From the NCBI GenBank assembly GCA_964587735.1, contig CAZPMB010000001.1:15464-79463 (forward strand): 64,000 nt of DNA, in the 5' to 3' direction. Positions 37,278 to 46,378 of this stretch are shown here, piece by piece. The stretch is from an uncultured Candidatus Bathyarchaeia archaeon (GTDB lineage: Archaea > Thermoproteota > Bathyarchaeia > TCS64). A program made the translations under genes and the position numbers. The notes beneath the pieces were generated by a model that did not search any database, was not told the origin of the DNA, and saw nothing but the letters and a program-made list of their open reading frames with translations. Numbering within the stretch: the stretch's first letter is position 1; each line of letters opens with the position of its first letter.

Positions 37278-38657
37278 CTACTGACCACGCTTGTAACGCC
37301 TAAGGGCGGCGTCGGCCGCGACCAACAGCGGGTCGTACAGCTCCGACACGGCAGGACAGTAAGCGAGCTCTATCGTGCTGAACTCCTCGATGTCCATGCC
37401 CTTTTTAATGGCCAGTGCGATGACGTTGACTCGCCAGGCGGCCCCTTCCTCTCCAACCGCCTGCCCTCCGAGGATCCGTCCTGTCTCTGCGTCGACTACA
37501 ACCTTAACGGAGATATTCTTTGTATCAGGCATCCAGTTCGGTTTGACCTGCATGTTCGCCCTGCCTGTGATGACCTTAAAACCGTTGTTTTCTGCGATCT
37601 CTGAGTTGTATCCCGCAGAGGCGATCTCGAGCTCGCCCACGAAGGATACGAAGGTGCCCAGCCCCCCGTCGTATTTCATGTCGCCGCCAGCCGCGTTTAT
37701 TCCTGCAACGATAGCCTGCCTAAAGGCAGTTGTCGCGAGGGCTATATTCGTCGGCTTTTTATCTACCCCGCTAAAGGACATTACGCAGTCGCCGACCACA
37801 TAGACGCCTTTAACGCTCGTCTCCATCCTCTCATCGGCTATTATCGCCCCATGATCATGTGCCAGACCAGCCTTGACTGCTAGCTCAGACTCCGGATCAA
37901 CACCAACGGCCATTACCACTATGTCAGTAGGGATCTTCTCCCCTGCGATCTCAACCAACTCAACCCTATCCCTGCCATTTATCTTGTCGAACCCCTTGCC
38001 GAAGAGGATGCGAAGGCCTTTGGATTCTAGATAACTGCGTACGAGCTCGCCCATGTCGGGGTCCAAGTTCCTTGGGAACGGCGGTGGGCTTCTCTTTGTC
38101 ACCGATACATCCAGCCCTAGTTCTTTCAGGGCCACGGCGATTTCAAGCCCGATTGCGCCGCCCCCAACCACCACGGCCCTCTTGCTCCTCAATGCCGCAT
38201 CCCTGAGCTCCTTGGCGTTCTCAGGGTTCGTCACGACGTAAACTCCTCGTCCCATGAACTCTTTAGCCCCTGGGATCGGAAGGATGGTAGGTTTACTACC
38301 AGTGGCGATGATTAGTGAGTCATAGTCGAGCCAAAAAACCTCCCCTGATTCGAGGTTCTTTACCTCGACACGCCTGCCCTCTGTGTCTATCGACAAAGCT
38401 TCATGCTTTAGAAGCTTATGCAGCTGCCTTGTAACAGGGACTGTATGCTTCAGGTCCTCGAAGCTCGAGACCTTGCCCTCGATGGCGTAGGGGAGACCGC
38501 AGGGGGAGAACATATCGTAGTCGCGTTTCTCGATGATAGTGATCTCCGCGTCCCTATCAACTCTTGTCGCTGCCCTCGAGGCGTATAGTCCCCCTGTTCC
38601 TAGGCCTATGATGACGATCTTACGTGAACGATGTGATGAATCCCTCTTTACACCCAT
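37278..38657 (-). CDS. CoA-disulfide reductase / NADH oxidase family flavoprotein
   Basis: IVIIGLGTGGLYAS FAD site, single redox Cys in FSPCGLPYAIEG, and a second Rossmann VVVGGGAIGLEIA. Confidence 0.8.
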   Translation of the reverse strand: MGVKRDSSHRSRKIVIIGLGTGGLYASRAATRVDRDAEITIIEKRDYDMFSPCGLPYAIEGKVSSFEDLKHTVPVTRQLHKLLKHEALSIDTEGRRVEVKNLESGEVFWLDYDSLIIATGSKPTILPIPGAKEFMGRGVYVVTNPENAKELRDAALRSKRAVVVGGGAIGLEIAVALKELGLDVSVTKRSPPPFPRNLDPDMGELVRSYLESKGLRILFGKGFDKINGRDRVELVEIAGEKIPTDIVVMAVGVDPESELAVKAGLAHDHGAIIADERMETSVKGVYVVGDCVMSFSGVDKKPTNIALATTAFRQAIVAGINAAGGDMKYDGGLGTFVSFVGELEIASAGYNSEIAENNGFKVITGRANMQVKPNWMPDTKNISVKVVVDAETGRILGGQAVGEEGAAWRVNVIALAIKKGMDIEEFSTIELAYCPAVSELYDPLLVAADAALRRYKRGQ

Positions 38658-38817
38658 GCCCTTTAATCCCTCTTACGAAGGAGCCATACCTTTTTAATCC
38701 TTTTTATCTCTCATCTTTTTTCAATTCAGCATATAATCGTCCTTTTTTCTCCATTAACTGAATGCAGCGTAAGTGTTCCATACCAGAAATAATTCGATTC
38801 AAATTATCAGGTCAGAG

Positions 38818-39918
38818 TTAATGCACGACATCCTGTATCTTTTTCCTCAACTCCCTCCCTCTAGAGCGTTCAAGCCTTGCCTTGAATATACTAAGTGAAA
38901 CGATCTGCTGGTCGAAGGAGATCGTCATCTCGGGGGAGAGATATGTTATGTTGGCGCTTCCAAATGAATCTGGAAATCTCTTCCTGTAACCTTCTTCCCA
39001 TCTCAGATGATCGCTTATATCACGATGATTACCAAACAATAACAAATTGTATCTCTCGTGAATGACCTTAATCGCAATCGGAATGTGCGGGTCCTTTCTT
39101 ATCTCCTCCATCACCTTGTCTCTGGAGTCTTTGATCTCAAGCAGCGAGTAAGTCATAATGTAATTGGGAGGAACGAAGAAACTTGGGAAACGGCACATCG
39201 GCTCGGAGATCAACTCTTCTTTGAGTAGCAACCCTATTCTCTTCTCTATAGTCTTCCTGTGTAAACCGGTCTTTTGGCAGAGCAGCGACTGATTTGTCTT
39301 CATTCCCTCTCCCGAAACAAGGCATTTCATTATTTTTATATCGGTCTCGTCAAGAGAATGCCCATTTATAGTCAGTTCGCCCTCGTCTCTGAAATCCTTC
39401 TCAATAAGGGATATCCCTGAGCTGGGGCTGTATTTTATCATGAGCTGATTCGAAAAATAGGCGGTGCTGGAAACAAATCTCGTGTCTTTGTCGGGCACGT
39501 TATACCTTATTTTTAGAACTGAGGGTATGGAGTCCATCCATATCTGGTAGCTCGTGATGCTTTCATGGTAGATGAACAGCACCATGTTGTACTCGCCTTG
39601 CCGCGACCTGAATGCAGCGAAGATATGGGGATCCTCTTTCACCCACTTGATGAACCTCTCATCCTCCGGCAGATTCATGCGAACAACAACTAAAAGGGGA
39701 TAAACCTTGTAAAGTCCGAGAAAAGGACATATAGGACGATCAAGAATTTTTCGGTCAAAAATGAGGTCAACCTTCTTCTTTATGGTGTTTCTGTGCTTGT
39801 CTAGTAATTTGGAAAGGGCGTTGAAATTCACGCTCACGGATTCCCCTGAGACGAGGCTCTCGAGTAGAATGAGGTTTTCCTTGTCTTCGAACAGATCCGA
39901 CATGCAATAGATTTGCAT
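38818..39918 (-). CDS. Tandem-duplicated Lrp/AsnC-like regulator (two HTH+RAM-like units in one 366-aa protein)
   Basis: Unit 1 LLESLVSGESVSVNFNALSKLLDKHRNTIKKKVDLIFDRKILDRPIC... and unit 2 IMKCLVSGEGMKTNQSLLCQKTGLHRKTIEKRIGLLLKEELISEPMC..., each followed by an alpha/beta segment. Low GC. Confidence 0.45.
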   Translation of the reverse strand: MQIYCMSDLFEDKENLILLESLVSGESVSVNFNALSKLLDKHRNTIKKKVDLIFDRKILDRPICPFLGLYKVYPLLVVVRMNLPEDERFIKWVKEDPHIFAAFRSRQGEYNMVLFIYHESITSYQIWMDSIPSVLKIRYNVPDKDTRFVSSTAYFSNQLMIKYSPSSGISLIEKDFRDEGELTINGHSLDETDIKIMKCLVSGEGMKTNQSLLCQKTGLHRKTIEKRIGLLLKEELISEPMCRFPSFFVPPNYIMTYSLLEIKDSRDKVMEEIRKDPHIPIAIKVIHERYNLLLFGNHRDISDHLRWEEGYRKRFPDSFGSANITYLSPEMTISFDQQIVSLSIFKARLERSRGRELRKKIQDVVH

Positions 39919-40159
39919 TTGACAATATTTATATTTTTTCTGTTACGAAGTGCAATAAATGCTATATAAATAAATCTATATTAAGATACTATTTATATCC
40001 AAAAAATATAAATTAATTGGCAAATATGCTGTAATACAAATTGAATAAATGATTAAAAATCGTCTTTTTCTTATATATTTTGTAATTGTAATTTAATTGC
40101 TCCCCTTTGATTAACATTTGCTTGAAGAATGATGAAATGAGAAGCTGGAGGGTCTTCTG

Positions 40160-41380
40160 ATGGAAAATGTGTCAGTCGATCTGCAAATACACCAAATAGC
40201 AGTCCTTGAAGAGATACTAGAGAATATAAACATCACGGCTTTAGAGGACAGGTGGGGGCCGGAGAAGGTCATCAGGGTTTACGACTCTGACATAGGAATG
40301 GAGGGCATCCTATGCATCGACAACACCGCACTGGGACCAGGTAAGGGTGGCATGAGAATTCGAGCCGGTGTCACCCCTGTGGAGGTGTTCAATCTCGCCC
40401 GTACGATGACCTGGAAGTGTGCATTGGCCGATCTCCCATTTGGTGGGGCCAAGGGGGGGATAAACGCTGACCCGTACACAATCGACAAGATAAAGTACAT
40501 GAAGTCCTTCGCCAGGTCAATCGCCGTGTTCTGCCCAAATCAGTGGGTCTCGGCGCCGGACATGAACGTGGGCGAGAAAGAGATAGAAGCCTTCGTCGAG
40601 GAGATCGGCGACCTAAAGGCAGCCACCGGAAAGCCGGAGAAACTTGGGGGCATCCCTCATGAACTCGGCACGACCGGGTTCGGCGTCGGCGTCTCCATCG
40701 AAACAGCCCTAGAGGTCCTTTCTCAGGTTGTCCCCATAAAGGATTCACTCGCAGGCCTGAAGGTAGCGATACAGGGATTTGGCAACGTAGGATCTGAGCT
40801 CGCAAAGTACCTTGCAAACAACGGCGCGAAGATCGTAGGCGTTAGCGACTACTGGGCAGCGGTCTATAACAGCGACGGGATAGACATCTCAAAGCTGCTG
40901 AAGCACTCCTACGCAACCGATGAAGCTCATTCTGTCAAGTATTGCAAGGGGGCGACTGAAATCCCGAGGGACGACCTTCTCTACGTCGATTGCGACATCC
41001 TTGTTCCCGCCGCCATCTCTAAGGTAATCACGGCCCAAAACGCGAGCCGGATCAAGGCAAAACTAGTTGTTGAGGCGGCGAACATACCGACAACTCCGGA
41101 AGCCGAGGAGATACTATTCAAACGAGGCGTCCTTGTGATGCCCGACATGCTTGTAAACGCCGGAGGAGTAATTGGCTCGTATGTGGAGTACCTTGGAAAG
41201 AGCGCAGATGAGGCGTTCTCCATGATAGAATCAAAGATCGGTAAGAACACCAAGGAAGTGCTCGAAACCGCGATAAACAGCGGGAATATAACACTGCCGA
41301 GGGCAATAGCGATGAAGATCGCGATGGACCGCGTCTCCAGAGCCATGCGCCAACGCAGTGGCTCTAAGGTCTTTGATTGA
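40160..41380 (+). CDS. gdhA: Glu/Leu/Phe/Val-family amino-acid dehydrogenase (glutamate dehydrogenase-like)
   Basis: Catalytic Lys/Gly motif LPFGGAKGGI and NAD(P) Rossmann GFGNVGSELAKYL. Confidence 0.8.
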   Translation: MENVSVDLQIHQIAVLEEILENINITALEDRWGPEKVIRVYDSDIGMEGILCIDNTALGPGKGGMRIRAGVTPVEVFNLARTMTWKCALADLPFGGAKGGINADPYTIDKIKYMKSFARSIAVFCPNQWVSAPDMNVGEKEIEAFVEEIGDLKAATGKPEKLGGIPHELGTTGFGVGVSIETALEVLSQVVPIKDSLAGLKVAIQGFGNVGSELAKYLANNGAKIVGVSDYWAAVYNSDGIDISKLLKHSYATDEAHSVKYCKGATEIPRDDLLYVDCDILVPAAISKVITAQNASRIKAKLVVEAANIPTTPEAEEILFKRGVLVMPDMLVNAGGVIGSYVEYLGKSADEAFSMIESKIGKNTKEVLETAINSGNITLPRAIAMKIAMDRVSRAMRQRSGSKVFD

Positions 41381-41397
41381 GGAAGGGAGGTGAGAAA

Positions 41398-41682
41398 ATG
41401 GAAGGTAAAATGCTTAGAATCTTGCAGACGCTTGATGTGGCCTCGTCTCCGTGTCCTTTGGGGTACATCTCTCTCCACACGAACATAGTTGAGCCTCTCA
41501 AGATGATGGAGGCGTTGGAGAGCGAGGGTTACTGCCGTCGATGCCCTAGCAGCGACTGGTCCCCGAGCAGGTCTCCGATGTTCGAGATCACCCAAAAGGC
41601 GCGACAGGAGCTCAAACAACTTGAGGCAAGCGTTCTACAAGTACCGCTCAGCGTCGTCGCGCAGACCATAACTCGCAACTAA
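41398..41682 (+). CDS. Hypothetical protein
   Basis: 94 aa starting at the ATG with a GGAGGTGA Shine-Dalgarno (the track's TTG is at 41377). Contains C..C/C..C (SPCPLG...CRRCP). Confidence 0.35.
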   Translation: MEGKMLRILQTLDVASSPCPLGYISLHTNIVEPLKMMEALESEGYCRRCPSSDWSPSRSPMFEITQKARQELKQLEASVLQVPLSVVAQTITRN

Positions 41683-41819
41683 GGTGTTCTCCCTCAATCA
41701 ACGGCGACGGCCGAATGGGCATCACTAACTTTTTTATAGACACAGTTTGGTTCGTTATAGAGGTCTGACGAATAGATGAATCGGTTTTATCCACAAATCG
41801 GTGAAGATAATTGAACGCG

Positions 41820-42842
41820 ATGTTATTGGAAAAGGTTAGGATCCCCTGGGCGGTGGCAAACCTGTCAAAGGAATACAAGGTCTTCGGCCCTGTCACCCGG
41901 AGATCTTATGTGTCGTTCCAAGAAATACCCAATGGAGAAGGGCTCAATCTCGAATATACTACTACCACATTGCCCCCTAAGAAGCTCTTCCACCACGCTG
42001 AGACATTATTACATTACCATAAAGAAGATTTCTCTGCCCCAAAGTTAGAATCAGATCAACATGTCCTGCTGTTTGGCGTACACCCATGCGACCTCAATGC
42101 CATCCAAAGGATGGACAAGTTCTTCTCGAAGGACTACATTGACTCATACTATTGTAGACGACGGGAAAGGTCGGCAATAGTTGCCCTCAACTGTGGAGTA
42201 CCAGATGACAAGTGCTTCTGCGCCTCCCTAGGAACTGGCCCCGACGTAAAAGAGGGGTTCGACCTACTCTTGACGGATCTAGGAGAGGCTTACCTTGTGG
42301 AGGTTGGGACCTCAAAGGGCAAAACCATGGTCGCAAAGCTAGGACTCAAGAACGCCTCTCAGACCCATTTCCACGAGAAGGCAAGGCGACTTAGAGAGGC
42401 AAGTAAAAAGTTTAAAAAACAAATCCGGATGGAGGGACTGGCAAAACAAGCAGCCGAGAATCCTAACCACGAGGCCTGGGCACTCATTGGCGACAGAGGA
42501 GGTCTCGCCGGCTGTTTCGCGTGTCTGTCCTGCGGTAACTGCAGCATGGTCTGTCCAACGTGCTACTGCTACGAGGTCGCAGAAATCCCCGATGTCTCAC
42601 TGAAAGAGGGGATCAGGAAAAGGGAGCTCGACTCTTGCCAGCTCCTAGAGTATGCCCTGGTGGCCCTCGGCCAGAACTTCAGGCCTGATAGGAGGTACCG
42701 TACACGCCATTGGATGACTTGTAAATTCGGTGGTGCTGGCGGACAGCAGAACACGAGCTGTGTGGGATGTGGCAGGTGCATCAGGTCTTGTCCCTCCCAC
42801 ATCGACCTGACCGAGGTGGCAAGGAGCCTCTGGGGGGAGTGA
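41820..42842 (+). CDS. hydB: Group 3b NiFe hydrogenase beta subunit (sulfhydrogenase HydB / AsrA-like Fe-S subunit)
   Basis: Two [4Fe-4S] motifs CLSCGNCSMVCPTCYC and CVGCGRCIRSCP. First gene of the four-gene hyd operon. Confidence 0.75.
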   Translation: MLLEKVRIPWAVANLSKEYKVFGPVTRRSYVSFQEIPNGEGLNLEYTTTTLPPKKLFHHAETLLHYHKEDFSAPKLESDQHVLLFGVHPCDLNAIQRMDKFFSKDYIDSYYCRRRERSAIVALNCGVPDDKCFCASLGTGPDVKEGFDLLLTDLGEAYLVEVGTSKGKTMVAKLGLKNASQTHFHEKARRLREASKKFKKQIRMEGLAKQAAENPNHEAWALIGDRGGLAGCFACLSCGNCSMVCPTCYCYEVAEIPDVSLKEGIRKRELDSCQLLEYALVALGQNFRPDRRYRTRHWMTCKFGGAGGQQNTSCVGCGRCIRSCPSHIDLTEVARSLWGE

Positions 42843-42843
42843 T

Positions 42844-43689
42844 ATGGAGAATCCGTTGATGCCGAGGAAGGCTATCATCAAGAAGATCGAGATAGAGACC
42901 TACGACTCCAAGACTTACACGTTCGAGTTCGAAGACGGAGGCCCGAAGGGATTGGATTTCAACCCCGGTCAGTTCGTTATGTTATCCATATTAGGGTATG
43001 GAGAGGCTGCAATATCCATAGCCCATGACCCCGATGACAAGTCAGGGCTCGACCTGACGATTAGGAACGTTGGGAGCGTTACTGACGCCCTGTCCCGCAT
43101 GAAGGTCGGGGATCTGGTCGGCATAAGGGGGCCTTACGGCAACGGCTGGCCAATAGATGACGCTGTAGGAAAACGAATACTATTGATCAGCGGTGGTTGC
43201 GGATGCGGCACCATCACGCCCATCATCCTGGCTCACAGGAACGACCAGTCTAGGTTCAAGTTCGTGGAGGTCCTCCATGGCGCGAGGACCCCCAACGACA
43301 TCATCTACAGGAAACACTACGAGGAGATCTGGCCTAAAATCCCTAACTGCAACGTGCTGCTATCATCCGACACGGTGCCACCGGGACAGACGTGGAAACA
43401 CAAGGTCGGCTTCGTCTTATCGCTGTTAAAGGATATGAAGTCCACACCTGAGGACACACTGGCCTTCATGTGCGGGCCAGAGGTCATGATGAAGTTCACC
43501 GCCCTCGACATGTTGAAAATGGGATTCTCCGAGGACCAGATCTACTGCTCCATGGAGAGGAGGATGAGGTGCGGCTTAGGGCTCTGCGGCCACTGCCAGC
43601 TTGGTTCAAAATACGTCTGCAAGGATGGACCGGTCTTTTCATATGCGGAGCTGCAGGAGCTCCCGGATCACATTATAAGGGGGAGCTGA
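42844..43689 (+). CDS. hydG: Group 3b NiFe hydrogenase gamma subunit (FAD/NAD(P)-binding, [2Fe-2S])
   Basis: FNR-like fold (FNPGQFVMLS...GGCGCGTITP) and C-terminal CSMERRMRCGLGLCGHCQ cluster motif. Confidence 0.8.
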   Translation: MENPLMPRKAIIKKIEIETYDSKTYTFEFEDGGPKGLDFNPGQFVMLSILGYGEAAISIAHDPDDKSGLDLTIRNVGSVTDALSRMKVGDLVGIRGPYGNGWPIDDAVGKRILLISGGCGCGTITPIILAHRNDQSRFKFVEVLHGARTPNDIIYRKHYEEIWPKIPNCNVLLSSDTVPPGQTWKHKVGFVLSLLKDMKSTPEDTLAFMCGPEVMMKFTALDMLKMGFSEDQIYCSMERRMRCGLGLCGHCQLGSKYVCKDGPVFSYAELQELPDHIIRGS

Positions 43690-43690
43690 T

Positions 43691-44446
43691 ATGTCGAAGC
43701 TGAAGTGTGGTTTCTTCAAGTTCACGGGCTGCGCGGGCTGCCAGATGGAAGTCCTTAGGGCAGAGGATGTCCTTCCTCAGATGCTAGAGCACGTTGAGAT
43801 AGCTTATTGGCCCATGGTGACCAGCAAGGGCTGGGAGGTGGATCTAGACGTTGCCTTCATAGAGGGCTCTGTCTCGACGCCAAGGGAAATTAGGGAGATC
43901 AAAGAGATCCGTGAGCGAACCAAGGTCTTAGTTGCCTTTGGCGATTGCGCGGTCACGGGCTGCATCCCCTCGATCAGGAACTTCATGACCCAGAGAGAGG
44001 CTGAGAAGGCAGTCTATCTGCATCCTTCTTGGATTGAATCGATCGGATTGAGGGGCATCTATGAGTACGTTGATGTGGAGGTCAGCCTGCCCGGGTGCCC
44101 GCCCCACAGAGACACCATCCTAGAGGTTGTAAAGGGGGCCGCACTCAAAAGGAGGCCCTACCTCAGGCGCCACGCTGTCTGCATCGAGTGCAAGCTAAAG
44201 GACAACGGCTGCCTCCTCACCGAGGAGAAACGACCGTGCATGGGACCTGTGACAAACGCTGGTTGCGGGGCAATCTGTCCAAGCTATAATCGCGAGTGCG
44301 AGGGGTGTTATGGTCCAATGAGCGCCCCAAACGCTGAATCCCTAGCAAAGATCCTTCTGGAGACGGGTATCACAGAGGAGGACGTGAAGAGGAAGTTCCG
44401 GAAGTATGCCGGTTGGACTCCAGATTTCATTAGGGAGGCGATGTAG
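43691..44446 (+). CDS. hydD: NiFe hydrogenase small subunit (group 3, delta)
   Basis: FTGCAGCQMEV...GDCAVTGC...LPGCPP proximal/medial cluster ligands. Confidence 0.85.
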   Translation: MSKLKCGFFKFTGCAGCQMEVLRAEDVLPQMLEHVEIAYWPMVTSKGWEVDLDVAFIEGSVSTPREIREIKEIRERTKVLVAFGDCAVTGCIPSIRNFMTQREAEKAVYLHPSWIESIGLRGIYEYVDVEVSLPGCPPHRDTILEVVKGAALKRRPYLRRHAVCIECKLKDNGCLLTEEKRPCMGPVTNAGCGAICPSYNRECEGCYGPMSAPNAESLAKILLETGITEEDVKRKFRKYAGWTPDFIREAM

Positions 44447-44447
44447 A

Positions 44448-45734
44448 ATGAAAGAGCGCGAGATAAGAGTCGAGTACGTGTCCAGGGTCGAAGGTCAAGG
44501 AGCAGTTGACCTTTTCGTCTCAAAGGATGGGGAGCTCATAGACGCCAAGGTCCGCGTTTATGAGCCCACTCGCTTCTTCGAGGCTCTTATGGTTGGGAGA
44601 AAATACGACGAACTCATGGAGCTTGCAGCTAGGATCTGCGGCATCTGCCCTGTCTCCCACGAGATAACGGCTCTTCGGGCCGTTGAGGAGGCCATTGGCC
44701 TAGAGGTAAGCGAGGCTACCAAGAGACTAAGAAAGCTAATGGCGATGAGCGCCTTCATCAGCAGCCACGTACTCAGCATCTATTTCCTCACCCTACCTGA
44801 TTACTTCGGATATAACGACCTCATCGAGGTGGCGAAGGAGAACCCTGAACTCTTGAAACGGGGCTTTGAACTTAAGAAACTAGGCAATGACCTGACAGAG
44901 CTGATCGGTGGTAGATCCGTCCACCCCGTCACTGCGGTCGTCGGCAGGTTCACCAACGCGATAAAGAAGCGGGATGCTGAAACGATGAGGAAGCGCTTTA
45001 TCGAGGCTAAAAGTGATGCTCTGGAGACTGTTGACCTCTTCAAGGGGCTGGAGATACCGAAGTTCACGAGGAAATGCGAGCATATGGCAATCAGCAGTCC
45101 CGAGGAATATGCCATCAACGAGGGAATGCTCGCCTCCACGGAAGGGATCAAAGTTCCTCAGAGGGAGTACCGACAGTTTGTCGAGGAAAACCAGGTACAA
45201 CACTCGAACGCCAAGCACTCAAACGTGAAGGGTCGAACATCCTATCTCGTTGGGCCACTCGCAAGGGTCAACATCAACTTAGATCAGCTGTCCCCGGATG
45301 CGAGAAGAGCGGCTAAGAGCGTGGGGCTTAATGTCCCGAACTACAGCCCATTCAAATCGCCTATCGCCAGGGCTGTAGAGGTCGTCCACTGCATCGACGA
45401 ATGCGCAGAGATCCTTGAAACCATGCCATATAGCGAGGAGCCCAGCCTGATCAAGTTGAGGGCAGGTGACGGCTATGCCATCACGGAGGCGCCTAGGGGC
45501 ATCAATTACCACCATTATTCACTGAATAGGGGTGGCATCGTAACAAAGGCGGACATTGCGCCACCAACCTGCCAGAACTACAGGAACATGGAGATGGACC
45601 TCATAGAGCTCGTTCCCACCATCCTAGACCTACAGGACGATGAGATCGCTCACAGGTGCCAGATGCTCATACGGGCGTACGACCCCTGCATCTCATGCTC
45701 GGTCCACTCCATTAAGATTCACAAGGTAAAATAA
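44448..45734 (+). CDS. hydA: NiFe hydrogenase large subunit (group 3b, alpha)
   Basis: N-terminal RICGICPVSH (RxCGxCxxxH) and C-terminal DPCISCSVH (DPCxxCxxH) Ni-Fe ligands. ATG at 44448 is 1 nt after the hydD stop. Confidence 0.9.
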   Translation: MKEREIRVEYVSRVEGQGAVDLFVSKDGELIDAKVRVYEPTRFFEALMVGRKYDELMELAARICGICPVSHEITALRAVEEAIGLEVSEATKRLRKLMAMSAFISSHVLSIYFLTLPDYFGYNDLIEVAKENPELLKRGFELKKLGNDLTELIGGRSVHPVTAVVGRFTNAIKKRDAETMRKRFIEAKSDALETVDLFKGLEIPKFTRKCEHMAISSPEEYAINEGMLASTEGIKVPQREYRQFVEENQVQHSNAKHSNVKGRTSYLVGPLARVNINLDQLSPDARRAAKSVGLNVPNYSPFKSPIARAVEVVHCIDECAEILETMPYSEEPSLIKLRAGDGYAITEAPRGINYHHYSLNRGGIVTKADIAPPTCQNYRNMEMDLIELVPTILDLQDDEIAHRCQMLIRAYDPCISCSVHSIKIHKVK

Positions 45735-46378
45735 ATATGGGGCTGCGTTTGTGGGTCATGTCGTCAAGATCACCTAAAAGCTCAGCGATGCCTTCCCTGA
45801 AGTTTAAACGTCTCAAAAATGAAGTTCTAATAAAATCCATTTATCGTACGTGTGCAGACGGTTAGGTAATTAGTACGAAATGATTTTAGGGTTAACAGTG
45901 TAGAATCATTCCATTTCAAATATTATATTCCAACATCTGCATTAACACTGCTCCAAGGCATTGCGAGAAACAGGGTCAGCGCGGGCCGACACGAGAGGAA
46001 GTCCCTCGGATTGCCTTTGAGACGGAGCGCTAAGGCTTTGGAGGCAATTAGACTTTCACTTCAAGGGGCCAGGGGACCGGTGAAATCCTTTATACCTTCT
46101 AGAAGGAATAAGGAGTTTTCCGCATGAGAACGGTCTTCACCGAGAGGGACAGGAGGCTTCTGGGGCAACATAAATTCAACAAGGCTATAGCAGAACCCTA
46201 TCATGTTACCCCGCGTCGTTGAATGGTCATAAGGGGTTCAATTTTATTAATTTCAATGGGAAGTCTTTTTGATGTTTGATGATCATTGACGTCAGTGGAC
46301 CGATTAAGCCTCTGTGCAACTCAGCTTTTTTTTTGGAATAAAACCGTCCATGAATTGATGTAATCTGAAGGTGTGGGA

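Noticed and set aside
37197-37604. 135-aa plus-strand ORF overlapping the CoADR/Nox gene
   Set aside because: It is antisense to a strongly supported flavoprotein gene and has no motifs.
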